Notes: generated by a model not told the origin, from the sequence alone. A stretch of DNA of 64,000 nt from the human T2T-CHM13v2.0 reference genome, Homo sapiens (GCF_009914755.1 NC_060925.1), one strand, 5' to 3'; numbered from the stretch's first letter, positions 1 to 28,273 are shown. Numbers and translations: made by a program.

Positions 1-3146
<3,146 letters not shown>

Positions 3147-3264
3147 TTCGGGCATGGTGCAGAAACTCACTCCAAATAAATTACCGACCAAAATATATAA
3201 TGGTGGAAATATTCCAAAATTCCATATTTTGGGATTTATACACAAAAGATAAACAAATTAGAAG

Positions 3265-4090
3265 CCAAGAGGCTGCCGGAAGGGAAAAACGGGGCCTGGA
3301 AAGGCCGTTGTGAGGAATGAGCTGGGCCTAAAGAGGCCACTGGCAGGCAGTAGCTGGACCTGCCGAAGTGGCCGAAAGGCAGGAGCTTTGGACTGGGGAG
3401 GCCGCAGTGAGGCGAGAGCTAGCTGGGCGTGGAGAGTCCGCTGTGAGGCAGAGGCTGGGCCTGTGCAGGCCTTCGGGAGGCAGGAGGCTGGGCCTTGTCG
3501 AGGCCTGCAGAGGCCACCAAAAGTCAAAAGCGGGGCTTGGGAAGGCCGCCGGGAGGCATGAGCTGGGCTGGGCCGAAAGAGGCCACTGGGAGGCAGGAGG
3601 AGCTGGGCCTGGAGAGGCTGCTGAAAGGCAGGAGCTTCGCCTGAGGATGCCACAGTGAGACACCATCTGGGTCTGGAGGGTCCACTGTGAGGCAGAGGCT
3701 GGGCGTGAAGAATCTGCTGTGAGGCAGATGTTGGGATTGTAGAGGCCGACGGGAGGCACAGGCTGGGCCTGGAGGGGCCACCAAGATGCAGGAGTTGGGC
3801 CTGGAGAGGCTGCAAAGAAGCATGAGCTGGGCCTGGTGAGGTCGACTTGAGAAAGTTCAGGGCCTGGAGAGAAGGCTGGGAGGCAGGAGCTGGGTCTAAA
3901 GAGGCCATTGTAACGATGGAGCTGTGCCTGTGGAGGCTGTTGTGAGGCAGTAGGCTCATCTGCGGAGACTGCCGTGAGGTAGGGTATGGGCCTAAATAGG
4001 CCATTGTGAGTCATGAGCTTGGTCTGTAGAGGCTGACTGGAGAAAGTTCTGGGCCTGGAGAGGCTGCCGGGAGGTAGGAGCTGGGCCAAA
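3265..4090. repeat. Diverged ~29-bp G-rich tandem repeat (core ggaggcaggagctgggcctg)
   Basis: Roughly 28 imperfect units such as gaggcaggagctgggcctggagaggctg, read directly. Confidence 0.85.
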
Positions 4091-4104
4091 AGATTTAAGC
4101 ACAT
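3328..4104 (-). other. 258-codon repeat-derived ORF (Pro/Ser/Ala-rich); coding status doubtful
   Basis: ORF track; real ATG at 4104-4102; peptide repeats RPSSCL.AASPGP..ASQWPLQAQ. No recognisable domain. Confidence 0.3.
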
Positions 4105-4509
4105 TCACATTTATTAGGCACTTCATTTCCATTATTACACTGTAATATATAATAAAATAATTATAGAATTCACCATAATGTAGAATCAGTGGGCGTGTTA
4201 AGCTTGTTTTCCTGCAACTGGATGGTCCCACCTGAGCGTGATGGGAGGAAGTGACAGATCAATAGGTATTAGACTCTCATTAAGGACAGCGCAACCTAGA
4301 TCCCTCACATGCACGGTTCACAACAGGGTGCGTTCTATGAGAATCTAATGCTGCTGCTGATCTGAGAAGGTGGAGCTCAGGCGGGAATGTGAGCAAAGGG
4401 GAGTGGCTGTAAATACAGACGAAGCTTCCCTCACTCCCTCACTCGACACCACTCACCTCCTGCTGTGTGGCTCCTTGCGGCTCCATGGCTCAGGGGTTGG
4501 GGACCCCTG
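4092..4509 (+). mobile_element. MER1A (hAT-Charlie) DNA transposon, 5' truncated
   Basis: Matches the MER1A consensus (caacctagatccctc, gagaatctaatgctgctgctgatctga) and ends in the TIR ggggttggggacccctg. Confidence 0.82.
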
Positions 4510-4911
4510 CTCAAGTGCATCAGAAACGACCCTTCTTCCCACACCAGTCTTCACAGTGGTCAAGTGCAGCAACCACTTAGCTCCCAAGGCATGTGCCTCA
4601 GCTGGCATTTCGTCACAATCAACAGTAAGTGGTAGCTTGAGTCACTGTGAGGTCACCTACTGGAAATCACCAGCATCCCATTTCCCACTGGCAAAGAGCT
4701 CAGCACTGCCCAAATCCCATCTGTGTGGGTTTATCTCCTGGGACCCTTCCTAACATATTAGTCAGAGTCCAATCAGGAAGCATAAACCACTCAAAAGTTT
4801 AAAGTGGTAAAATTTAATACAGAGAATTATTCATTATAACAGGTGAACAGCATAATGAGAGATTGACTAGCACAAAGTAAAGAGAACTCTAGAGAATATA
4901 GGACTAGCCCA

Positions 4912-5200
4912 GGCCAGGCACGGTGGCTCATGCCTGAAATTCCAGCAATTTGAGAAGCTAATGCAGGAGGATTGCTTAAGGCCAGGAGCTAGAGACCGGT
5001 CTGGACAACACAGTGAGACCCTGTCTCTATCCAAAAGAAGAAAAAAGTTAGCTGGGGGTGGTGGTGCACACTTGTAGTCCCAGCTATTCGGAATGCGGAA
5101 GTTTGAGCCTGGGAGGTCAAGGCTGCAGTGAGGCATGATTATGCCACTACAGTCCAGCCTGGTGACAGAGCAAGACCCTGTCTCAAAGAACAAAACAACA
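4912..5200 (+). mobile_element. AluJ-type element
   Basis: Dimeric Alu with ggtcaaggctgcagtgag. Confidence 0.85.
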
Positions 5201-5789
5201 ATAACCATTTACAGACAGAAAAGAAATAGAGCTAATAAGCTGAGGAAAGATGTTGAAATGTGACAAGTAAAGTAATATGAGTTCTTTTGTCTATGTAAAA
5301 TAATCAAACAAAAAATGACTTACTAAATTATAATACCCTGTGCTGGCAAAGGTGCAGTGAAATGGGCACTTTTTTATACTATGAGGGGTGTTTAAATTGT
5401 GTATAAGCCTTCCAGGGTAAAGCCTGTCAATTTTTTAAAATAATAGAGACAGGGTCTCACCATACTGCCATACTGCCTCCTCCAACTCTTGGCCTCAAGC
5501 AATCCTCCTCTCTTAGCCTCCCAAAGTGCTAAGATTATAGCTAGGAGGCACCCAAAACCCTGTCAATTTACATCAAGGGTAATGAGAATGTCCATTCACC
5601 ATGACTCACAGTAATCTTACTTCTGGGGAGACAATTCAATCTAAACAAAAGGTCATCTGTACACACACAGTAAAAATCTGGGAGTAACTGAAGACAGAGT
5701 TGGTAAGTGAAATAAGAAACAGTTATAAGAAATTAAACTATGGTATCAATAGGCACCTGGTAAAAGGTCAGTTGATGTTAGCTGCTACT

Positions 5790-6087
5790 TTTTTGTTGTT
5801 TTGAGACAGGGTCTCACTCTGTCACCCAGGCTGGAGTGCAGAGGCCTGATCATGACTCACTGCAGTCTCAGCCTCCCTGGGCTCAAGTGATCCTCCCACC
5901 TCAGCCTCCCAAGTAGCTGGGACTACAGGAACATGCCACCACACTAGGCTAATTCATGTATTTTTCTGTAGGGATGGTGACTCCCTTTGTTTCCAAGGCC
6001 TATCGCAAACTCTTGACCTCAAGCCATCCTCCTGCCTCAGCCTCCCAAAGTGTTGCGATTACCAGTGTGAGCCACCACACCTGGCCA
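5790..6087 (-). mobile_element. AluJ-type element
   Basis: Antisense Alu. Confidence 0.85.
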
Positions 6088-6189
6088 GCTGCTACTTTTA
6101 TCAATATTATTATTATTCCACTCAATTAAAAATTATTATTTTCAAGGCTATGCAACAGTATGTATCCTACAGCGTAATTGTAAAAACAT

Positions 6190-6310
6190 ATACAGTCGTC
6201 CCTCAGTATACAGAATTAGTTCCAGCCCCCCATCTCTGCATATACCAAAATCCATGCTTACTCACATTTCGCTGTCACCCCTCTGGAATCCACGTATACG
6301 AAAATTCCAA
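6190..6310. mobile_element. MER2/Tigger-like fragment (paralogue at ~28242-28370)
   Basis: tacagtcgtccctcagtat...taccaaaatccatg resembles a MER2 end. Confidence 0.55.
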
Positions 6311-7059
6311 ATATTAGTTGGGCATAGTGGCAAGCACCTGTAGTCTCAGCCACGTGGGAGGTTGAGATGGGAGGATCGCTTCAGCCTGGAAGGTTGAGGC
6401 TGCAGTCAGCTGTGATAGCACTACTACACTCCAGCCTTGGACAACAGAGGGAGACCCTGTCTCAGAAAAAAAAACAAAATAAAACAGGTTAGAAATTGTA
6501 ATGAGGTCTGCTGGGCAAAATTCCATATAAGCAAAGTATAAATTAATAAAGCAAATCGTGATAAATTAGTACGATTGACTTTCTGGAGTTTCTGACAATA
6601 AAAGTAAGGAAAATGCAGAACACAAAGACAGAGAGTAAAAAGAGAAATTAGGAAAGCATTCTACATGTTTAATAGGAAGACACTGGCCATGTTCGTGCAG
6701 CGGCAGTATGTTGTGACATGACATACCTTGGAGAGAAGTTAACAGATGAGGAAGTTGATAAAAATCATCAGAGAAGCAAAATACTGGTAGCGACACTCAA
6801 GTAAACCATGAAATTTCCATAACTTATGTCAGCAAAGTGGGAATATTGTACAGTGTGTGTTGAAGTTCCTATACAACATTGTTTATCTGCCTTTTGTTTG
6901 TTTGTAAGGAATGTATATACTAAAAGTTCTTCTTGCTGTCAAAAGAATATGTGTGAATAAGTCATTTTAACTTATTCTTCTGTTTTTCTTTTATCTTCCT
7001 GCCATCATCCCACAGCCTTACTTTAGAAATTTTTCCTTTAGAAAATTGAACAAGTGCTC

Positions 7060-8540
<1,481 letters not shown>

Positions 8541-8619
8541 GAGATTTCCTTAATCTAGCATCCCATACTTGGTAGGATTGGGAAAGGCAGTAGTGTTTTT
8601 TAAAATTACTTAATAATTT

Positions 8620-9897
<1,278 letters not shown>

Positions 9898-9899
9898 CA

Positions 9900-10258
9900 T
9901 GTTCATTTCTTCTTGCTGCTGCAACATAGTTTGCAGTTTCCTACATTTAGTGGCTTAAAACACCACAAATCTACCATCTTATAGTTCTAGGGGCCAGAAA
10001 CCCAAACTAGGTCTATTAAGGCTAAAGTCAAGGTGTCAGCAGGGCTGCATTCCTTCTGGAGACTCTAATATGTTCCCTTGGCTTTTCCAGCTTCTAGAAG
10101 CCACCCCCATTCCTTGGATCATAGCCCCTGACTCCATCTTCAAAGCCAGAGGTGAAGCATCTTCAAATCTCCCTCTCTTACCTCTGCTTTCATCACCACA
10201 TCTCCTGCTCCAATTCTGAATCTCCTACTCTCTTTCTTTTATAAAGACCCTTGTGATT
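9900..10258 (-). mobile_element. MLT1 (MaLR) LTR fragment (paralogue ~21905-22265)
   Basis: tagtggcttaaaacaccacaaat...aaggtgtcagcagggctgcattccttctggag. Confidence 0.7.
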
Positions 10259-10804
10259 GCTGGGCATGGTGGCTCCCACCCAGAATCCCAACACTTTGGG
10301 AGGTCAAGGCAGGAGGAACACTTGAGGCCCGAAGTTTGAAACTAGCATGAAAAACACAGTGAGACCCCCACCTCTAGAAAAAAATAAAAATAAATATTAG
10401 CCCGACATGGTGGTATGCGCCTGTAGTCCCAGCTACTTGAGAGGCTGAGGTGAGACAATCGATTTAGCCCAGGAGTTTGAGATCAGCCTGGATGACATAA
10501 CTAAATCTCATCTCTACAAGGACGAAGTGGGAGGATCACTTGAGCCCAGGAATTTGTGGCCAGCCTGGGCAACAAAAGAAGACCCCATCTGGCCGACATG
10601 GCCAACCTGGCCACCATGGTGAAACTCTGACTCTACAAAAATGAGCTGGGCATGGGTGACATGCATGTGTAGTCCTAGCTACTTGGGAGGTTGAGATGGG
10701 AGGATTGCTTGATCTCAGAAGGCCAAAGCTATAGTGAGCTATGATCACATCACTGCACTCCAGCCTGGATGACACAGGGAGATTCTGTCTGAAAAAAAAG
10801 AAAA

Positions 10805-12265
10805 GAAATATATATTTAATCTCTGTCCCTGGTTCCTGGCACAGAGCTTCTAAAGCTCTTACAAAGACCTCAGTGATAGATGTGACAGGAACATCTTTTG
10901 TTTTAATATTTGGTCTTGGTCCCAGGTTTCTAACACAAGAGCCTCTAAGAACTTTGGGATCTCCAGCATGGTAAGAATGCATTTGGGGATGTTGTTGAGA
11001 TGACTGCGTGACTGCAAGCTCCTAAATTTCTTCCAGAGGAGGGCTGATTACCATGCAACCACATGGTAAGAGGCTTGGAACTTTCAGCCTCATGCACTGA
11101 ACTCCAGGAGGAGGAGGGGCTGGAGACTGACTTAATCACCAACAGCCAAAGATTTTATCAATCATGCTTGCATAATAAAGCCTCCATAAACACCCTGAAA
11201 GGGGTTTGCAGAGCTTTCAGGGTTGCTGGACACAGGAGATGCTGGGAGGGCCGCATGTTCAACAGAGGGCATGGGAGCTCTGTGCCCCTCCGAACTTAAC
11301 TTGCCCTGGGTATCTTTCTTTTTTTTGAGACAGGATCAGGCTCTTTTGTCCAAGCTGGAGTGCAGTGGCACAACCTCAGCTTACTGTAACCTAAGCCTCC
11401 CCAGTCCCCAGCTTAAGGTATCCTCTCATCTCAGCTTCCCTAGTAGTTGGAACTCTAGGTGCACAACACCACACCAGTTATTATTATTATTTTTTAATTT
11501 TTTATAGAGACAGGTTTTCACCATGTTGCCCAGGCTGGTCTCAAACTCCTGAGTTTAAGCGATCCTCCCAAAGTGCTGAGATTACAGGCATGAGCCACTG
11601 CATCCAGCATGCACATCTCTTTCACTGACTGTTTCTGAGATGTGTCCTTCACAATGAACCAGTAATAGGAAATGAACTGGCCAGATGTGGTGGTTCACAT
11701 CTGTAATCCCAGCACTTTCAGAGGCTGAGGTGGGAGGATCACTTGAGACCAGGAATTTGTGGCCAGCCTGGCCAATACAACAAGACCCCATCTATACAAA
11801 AAATAAAAGAAACTAGCCAGATGTGGTGGTGCAGGCATGTAGTCTCAGCTACTAGGGAGGCTGAGGTGGGAGAACCACTGGAACCCAGACAATCAAGGCT
11901 GCAATGAGCTATGACTGCACCATTGCACACCAGCCTGGGCAACAAAATAAGACCCTCTCTCTCAGAAAAAAAAGAAAATAAACTGTTTTTCTGAGTTCCG
12001 TAAACTGTTCTAGCAAATTATTAAACCCAAGAAGACAGTTATGGGAACCCCCGATTGGTAACAGGTTGGTCAAAAGTATGGTGACAACTTAGGACTTGCC
12101 ATTGGCATCTGAAGTGAGGATGGCCTCGTGGGACTGAGCCCCTAACTTGTGGGGTCTGTGCTAACTCCAGGTAGTGTCAGAATAAAGTCATGGGATACCC
12201 AGTTAATATCCAGAGCACTGAAGAATTTGGTGTAGAAACTCCATACATACATTCAGTCGGAAGTG
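10805..12265. mobile_element. MER21-type LTR interrupted by Alus (paralogue ~22565-24030)
   Basis: tctgtccctggttcctggcacagagc...ggcatctgaagtg...ctaactccaggtagtgtcagaat. Alus at ~11315-11608 (-) and ~11679-11978 (+). Confidence 0.6.
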
Positions 12266-13449
12266 TGTGAGTAGAGACAAACATGGGTTTTTCTGTCACC
12301 TACCTGCTTAACTGCGTAGGAGAGGCAATATGTGGTGCTCATGAACAAAGCAAACATTAAAGTCAGACCAGACCCAACATTTGACTCAGTCTTAATAGCC
12401 AGGTGAGCCTGCGCAAATCATTCATTATTCCTAAGGTTTTCATCACTCCATTCATAAAATGGGGATAACTGTGGCACCTACATGTGATTCTGTGAGAATT
12501 AACGAAATATTATGCTTGGGGTTATTGTGATCATTATACCTGTTCCAAACTATTTGACAAGGACAGTGATGGATGAAGACATCAAAAAATCAGAAACTGC
12601 AATGAGGTCTCTCAGGCAAAATTCCATACAAGCCAATTACTGTGTCTACAAAGCATTCCTGCCACACTTAATTCACCATTCCCTGAACAAAATATGCCAT
12701 CTTCGTTGTTCAGTTCTGTACAGTGCTGGTTTCCCTTCCCGGGCAGTTTATGCTATCCCATCCCGACCCATTCCCCATCCCTCCACCTCCCCCTTCCCTC
12801 CCCACTCTCATACAACTCTTCCTCATCTTTCAGGACTTGGCTTCAATGTCACCTTAACTGGAAGCTTCTCTCACTCTCCAGTGGAGCTTCCCATTGCACT
12901 TGATGCATGCACTATTATTTGATCATTTTTAAGTTACAGTCCAAATCTTTTTGTACCTGAATAACATGTTGCCCAGTCAGTCTCTCTTCCTGGATTCAGA
13001 AGTCTTTCATGGTATATCCAGCTGGAAGTGACAAAAAGACATCTTTTGACATAAAGGGATGACACAGACAGACATAAGTTCTTAAATGTCTCAAATGTTA
13101 TGTGAAAATTAAACAGAATTCAAAGACTTGTGGGGAGCACTTAGGAAGTTACTGGGAATGTCATAAAGGGTTAATTTGTATTTTATTTTATTTTTTGAGA
13201 CAGTCTCATTCTGTCACCTAGGCTGGAGTGCAGTGGTGCAGTCAGGCTCACTGCAGCCTTGACCACCTGGGCTCAAGTAATCTCACTTAATTTTTATTTG
13301 GTTTAAGAAAGTCTTGGTTGAGGGTGGTGGCTTATGCCTGTAATCTCAGCACTTTGGGAGGCTGAGAGAGGTATATTACTTGAGGCCAGGAGTTTGAGAT
13401 CAGCCTGGGCAATATATTAAGACCCTGCCTCTACCAAAAAACAGAGTGA

Positions 13450-13900
13450 ATGTGTGGAAGACAATTTTTCCACAGACTGGGAGTGAGGGAATAATTTTAG
13501 GATGATTCAAGTGCATTACATATATTGTACACTTTATTTCTATTATTACTACATAGTAATATATAATGAAATGATTCTACAACTCACTATAACGTAGACT
13601 CAGTGGGATCTCTGAGCTTGTTTTCCTGCAACTAGACTGTCCATCTGGGGTGATGGGAGACAGTAACAGAATATCAGGCATTAGATTCTCATAAGGAGTA
13701 CACAACCTAGATCCCTCGCATGCACACTTCACAACAGAGTTTGTGCTCCTATGAGAATCTAATGCTGCTGCTGATCTGACAGGACATGGAGCTCAGGTGG
13801 TCATGCAAGCCATGGGAGGGGCTAGAAATACAGATGAAGTTTCCCTTCACTCGCCTGCTGCTCACCTCCAGCTCTGTGGCCCTGTGGTTGGAGACTGCTG
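13450..13900 (+). mobile_element. MER1A, second copy (duplicated with its flank)
   Basis: gtggaagacaatttttccacag...; same downstream flank ctcaagtgcat as the 4092-4509 copy. Confidence 0.82.
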
Positions 13901-14241
13901 CTCAAGTGCATTTGAAAGGATCCATCCCACGCCATTCTTCAGAGTCATCTTTACTGCTGCAGTGGTCAACTTGTAGCACCCCCAAGCTCGCAGGACATAT
14001 GCTTCAACTGGCATTTCACAATCAACACTATGTGGCAGCTTGAGTCATTGTGAGCTCACTTCCTGGAAATCACCAGCATCCCATATCCCATTAGCAAGGA
14101 GCTCAGCACTGCTCCTTGGATAACCAAACCTATTCCCAAATCCCATCTGTGTGCGTCTATCTCCTGGTACCCTTCCTAGCATCAATTCTGTATTTGTAGG
14201 AGTCCAATCAGGAGACACAAACTACTCAAAAGTTTAAACTA

Positions 14242-15280
<1,039 letters not shown>

Positions 15281-15987
15281 TGTTAATCCCCCTATGGGAA
15301 TCTCCTCTTCTCCTGCCCTCTCTGGAACCTCACTTGTCAGTTCTTCCTCCCGCTTTCCTGTATCTTTAACCTATCCCCCACTTTTAGCTCCTTCCCATCA
15401 TCATTTAAATTACTCAAACTTCTTCTGTTTTAAAAACCTCTCCCTAAACTCAGGGAGAGGTCTCCTGCACACCCATTGAGCCATCTGCTCTCCCTGGTGC
15501 CTTCTCTACAGCAGCCTGAGCCATGTCTCTAATCCATGAATCTCATCATGTTACTCCTCCATTTACATCACTTCTCCTTGCCTCAGGGATTAAGTCCAAA
15601 CTCCTTAACAGCCCCTGCTCTGCCCTGCCTTGCAAGGCAGCCTCACTGCTTGCCCCTCTCCATTTCATCTGCTATGGAGTCCAACTGAGCCTCATCTGCC
15701 TCTTGAACGCACACTCTTTCTCCTCTGGGAGTCTCTGAAGTGGGTAATATCCTCTGCTTATAATATGCTTCCCCTTAAACCTCTACTCCCTTCCTAGCTA
15801 GCTTTGACTCCTCTGTCACTTGTCCGCTTTGGCATCACCTCCTCATAGAAGACTTCTCTGACTCCCGAGATTCTCAGGAGCATGGCAGGTGAAGTGCTCC
15901 TCCCATGAATGGATGGAGATTAGGGAGTGTGTGTTATTCATGCTTAATTCACCAGTGCTTAGCTGAGTACCTGGCATAAAATAGTTA

Positions 15988-17910
<1,923 letters not shown>

Positions 17911-18780
17911 TGTCAGTGAAGATGTGGAGGAATTGGAACCCACATACATTACTGGTGGGAACATAAAATTGTGTAACCATTTTGTTTGGGTATTTCTTTT
18001 CTTGTCATTTTAATTGGATTTTTAAAAAATCAAGACAGGGTTTCACTATCTTGCCCAGGCTGGTCTTGAATTCATGGGCTCAAGCCATCCTCCTAGCTGA
18101 GCCTCCTGAGTAGCTGGGATTACAGGTGTGAGCCATTGCACCCAACTGGTATAGCCACGTTAGAAAACAGTCTGGCAGTTTCTCAAAAGGCTAAATGTAC
18201 AGTCATCCTATAATGCAACAATTTCATTCCTAGGCATATATCCCAGAAAAATAAAAATATATGTCCACACAAAAACTTGTACAACAATCTTCATAGCAGC
18301 ATTATTCATAATGACCAATACATGGAATACATGGAAACAACCCAAATATCCACCAACTGATGAACAGATAAACAAAATGCAGTGTGTCTCCACCATGGAA
18401 TACTGCCATAGAAGGAATGAAATATTGATACACACTATGACATAAAGGAACTTTGAAAACACTGTGCTAAGAGGGAAAAAAAGCCACAAAAGATCACATA
18501 TTGTACAATTCTATTTGTCCAGATTAGGCAAATCTATAGTGACAAAAAAATTAATCAATGGTTGCCTAAGGCTGGGGGCGAAGGTAGGTGGGGAGAGTAG
18601 GAGGTAGTGGCTAAGGGGTATGGATTTCTCTATAGGGTAATGAAAGGTTCTAAAAGTGACTGTGGTGATCGATGCACAGCTCTGTGAATATTCTAAAACC
18701 TACTGAATTGCAGATTTCAATAAATAAAGTGAATGGTATGTGAATATTTTAATAAAGCTATTATTTAAAATAATAATAAT
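17911..18780 (+). mobile_element. Old L1M 3' fragment with an inserted Alu half
   Basis: gatgtggaggaattggaaccc...atgtccacacaaaaacttgtaca...ggaaacaacccaaat. Confidence 0.75.
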
Positions 18781-18784
18781 AGGG

Positions 18785-19714
<930 letters not shown>

Positions 19715-20159
19715 TTACATCGTGTTTCATGATAAAGAAGCTCTAATTTTGCATTTGTTCAAGTATTGATGAGATTTACCCAATATGACACCCATCTTGG
19801 ATAAAATGCAAACAACACAATTTCATTTTCTCATTAACAAAACCGATTAAGTAGTCTAATATAAATTCTGATCTTATTAAAAACTGATCAGATTAAAAAA
19901 ATTATGGAATTATGGAGCCAATAAGATGTTACAACCTGTTCCAAGGGGAATTCCAAAATCCACACATATCTGAGACCATCAAGTATGATGAAATATATTT
20001 GATTACTATATTGAAAAATAAACTGATTACATAGCCAACAATTGGACAGGGGTTTCCTCATCCACAGCCACACAAACCCGATCATGCAGCTATATGGTTA
20101 CAAGGCCTACATAGCCTAGAAGGGACTGGTCTGACTTGAGATTTCATTTGTATTTGTAT

Positions 20160-23735
<3,576 letters not shown>

Positions 23736-24036
23736 CCTGTTTTTCTAAGTTCTGTGAGTTGTTCTAGTAAATAATTAAACTCAAGAAGAGGGTCATGGGA
23801 AACCCCGATTTCTAACTGGTTGGTCAAAATACAGGTGACAACCTAGGACTTGCAACTGGCATCTGAAGTGAGGGTGGTCTTGTGGGACTGAGCCCCTAAC
23901 CTGTGGGTTCTGTGCTAACTCTAGGTAGTGTCAGAATGGAATTGTGGGATACGCGGTTGGTATCCAGAGAGTTGGAGAACTGGTGTAGAAACTCTGCACA
24001 CACATTTGGTCAGAAGTCTGTGAGTAGAGAGAAACG

Positions 24037-25096
24037 TGTTGCGGGAAGTCAGGGACCCCAAACGGAGGGACTGGCTGAAGCCATGGCAGAAGAACATAAA
24101 TTGTGAAGATTTCATAGACATTTGTTAGTTCCCCAAATTAATACTTCTATAATTTCTTAGGCCTGTCTTTACTGCAATCTCTGAACATAAATTGTGAAGA
24201 TTTCATGGACACTTATCACTTCCCCAATCAATACCCTTGTGATTTCCTATGCCTGTCTTTACTTTAATCTCTTAATCCGGTCACCTTCGTAAGCTGAGGA
24301 TGATGTCCCCGCAGGACCCTGTGATAATTGCGTTAACTGCACAAGTTGTTTAAACAATATGAAACCTGGGCACCTTGAAAAAAGAACAGGATAACAGCAA
24401 TTTCAGGGAACAAGGGAGATAACCTTAAACTCTGGCTGCCTGTGGGCCGGGTGGAACAGAGCCATATTTCTCTTCTTTCAAAAGCAAATAGGAGAAATAT
24501 TGCTGAATTCTTTTTCTCAGCAAAGAACATCCCTGAGAAAGAGAATGCATCCCTAAGGGGAGGCCTCTGAAATGGCCGCTTTGGGGACGGCTGTCTTTTA
24601 CAGTCGTCGATAAGGGACGAAATAAGCCCTGGGTTCGCGTGGCGCTCCCAGGCTTATCAGGACAAGGAAATTCCCGCCTAATAAATTTTGGTCAGATGGG
24701 TTGTCTGCTCTCAAACCCTTTCTCCTGATAAGATGTTATCAATGAAAATGCGTGCCCGAAACTTCATTAGCAATTTTAATTTCGCCCCGGTCCTGTGGTC
24801 TTGCCCTGCCTCCATTTGCCTTGTGATATTTTATTACCTTGTGAAGCATGTGATCTCTGTGACCCACACCCTATTCGTACACTCCCTCCCCTTTTGAAAA
24901 TCACTAATAAAAACTTGTTGGTTTTGCAGCTTGGGGGGGCATCACGGAACCTGCTGACGTGTGATGTCTCCCCTGGACACCCAGCTTTAAAATTTCTCTC
25001 TTTTGTACTCTTTCCCTTTATTTCTCAGAACGGCTGACACTCAGGGAAAATAGAAAAGAACCTACATGAAATATCAGGGGTGAATTTCCCCCGATA
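24037..25096 (+). mobile_element. MER11 solo LTR (HERV-K HML-8 family)
   Basis: Starts tgttgcgggaagtcagggacccc; internal repeat gaacataaattgtgaagatttcat twice; AATAAA at ~24906; ends gggtgaatttcccccgata. Confidence 0.88.
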
Positions 25097-26009
25097 TCAC
25101 ACAGGCTCTTCTCTCACCTGTCTACCTGCTTAACTTAATAGGAGAGGCAATGCATGGTGCTCATGAACAAGGCAAGCATTAAAGTCAGACCAGACTAACA
25201 TTTGACTCAGTCCTAATATTCAGGTGAGCTTGGGCAAATCGCTCATTAACCCCAAGTCTTCATCATTTTGTGCATATAATGGGGATAACTGTGGCACCCA
25301 ACTGTTTTTGTGAGAATCAATGAAATATTATGCTTGATGTTATTGTGATCATGATACTATCTGACAAGGGTAGTGATGCATGATAACATCAAAAAATTAG
25401 AAACTGTAATGAGGTCTCTTGGGCAAAATTCCATACAAGCAAATTACTCTCTACAAAGCATTTCTGCCACACTTAATTCACCATTCCCTGAACAAAATGT
25501 GCCATCTTCATTGTTCAGGACTGTATAGTGCTGGTTTCCCTGCCTGGGCAGCTCACTCCATCCTATCCCAGCCCAATCCCCATCCCTCCACCTCCCCCTT
25601 CCCTCCCCACTCTCATACAACTCTTCCTTATCTTACAGGACTTGGCTTCAATGTCACCTTAACTGGAAGCTTCTCTCCCTCTCCAGAAGAGCTTCCGATT
25701 GCACTTGATGCATGCACTATTATTTGATCATTTTTGAGTTACAGTCCAAGTCTTTTTGTACCTGAATAACATGTTGCCCAGTCAGTTTCTCTTCCTGGAT
25801 TCAGAAGTCTTTCATGGTAGGTCCAGCTAGAAGTGACAAAAAGACATTTAAAAAAAAAAAAAAAAAAAAAGAGGGATGACACAGACAGACATCAGCACTT
25901 AAAAGTTTTAAACGATATGTGAAAAACAAAATTTAAGGGCTTCTAGGAGAAATGTAGGAGGGAAGGTGTTACTGGGAAATATGATAGAAGGTTAATTTTT
26001 ATTTTATTT

Positions 26010-27529
<1,520 letters not shown>

Positions 27530-27925
27530 TTAAATTATAATACCTGTGTGGGCGAAGGTGCAGTGAAATGGCCATTTTCTTGTAGTATTAGTGGTGTTTA
27601 AAATGTATATAAGCCTTCCAGCATAAAGCTTGGAAATTTTTTTTAAATCATACAGACAGTGACTCATTATACTGCCTCCTCCAACTCCTGGCCTCAAGCA
27701 ATCCTCCCACCTCAGCCTCCCAAAGTGCTGGAATTACAGGCTGACAGCCACCATGCCTGAAAGCTTTGTAATTTACATCAAGGGTAATAAGAATGCTCAT
27801 GCTGTGTGACTCACAGTAATCTCACTTCTGGAAATTTCACCTTTCGATATAATTCAACCTAAACAAAAGGTCATATGCACAAACACAGTGAAAATCTGGG
27901 AGTAATTTTTTTCTCTTTTTTTAAA

Positions 27926-28028
27926 AAAATATGGAATGCTTCACAAATTTGCATGTCATTCTTTCACAGAGGCCATGCCAATCTCTCTATTGTTCCAACT
28001 TAAGTATGTGTGCTACTGAGGCAAGCAT
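27926..28028 (-). pseudogene. RNU6-1319P: Full-length retroposed U6 snRNA pseudogene
   Basis: Reverse complement aligns end to end with U6 with many substitutions. T-rich tail on the + strand at ~27906-27922. TSD gagtaat at 27900-27906 and 28029-28035. No upstream Pol III promoter evident. The number is recalled. Confidence 0.9.
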
Positions 28029-28273
28029 GAGTAATGTAAGATAGAGTGGTTAAGTGAAATAAGGAAGAATTATGGAGAATTTAAAAATCTATGCTATTTA
28101 TAGGCACCTAGTAACAGCTCAGTAAATATTAGCTGCTACTATTATTATTTTTATGGTAATTTCACTCAATTAAAAACTGTCATTAAAAATTACCATTGTC
28201 ATGGAACATAATGTCTCCTACTGTATAATTGTAAAAACAGATACAATTTGTCCCTTGGTATATGGGGGGATTA

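Noticed and set aside
3265-4090. CRISPR-like array
   Set aside because: Degenerate tandem units with no unique spacers, in a mammalian context with no cas genes.
27926-28028. Functional U6 snRNA gene
   Set aside because: Many substitutions, including the ACAGAGA region; TSD and tail show retroposition; no promoter evident.
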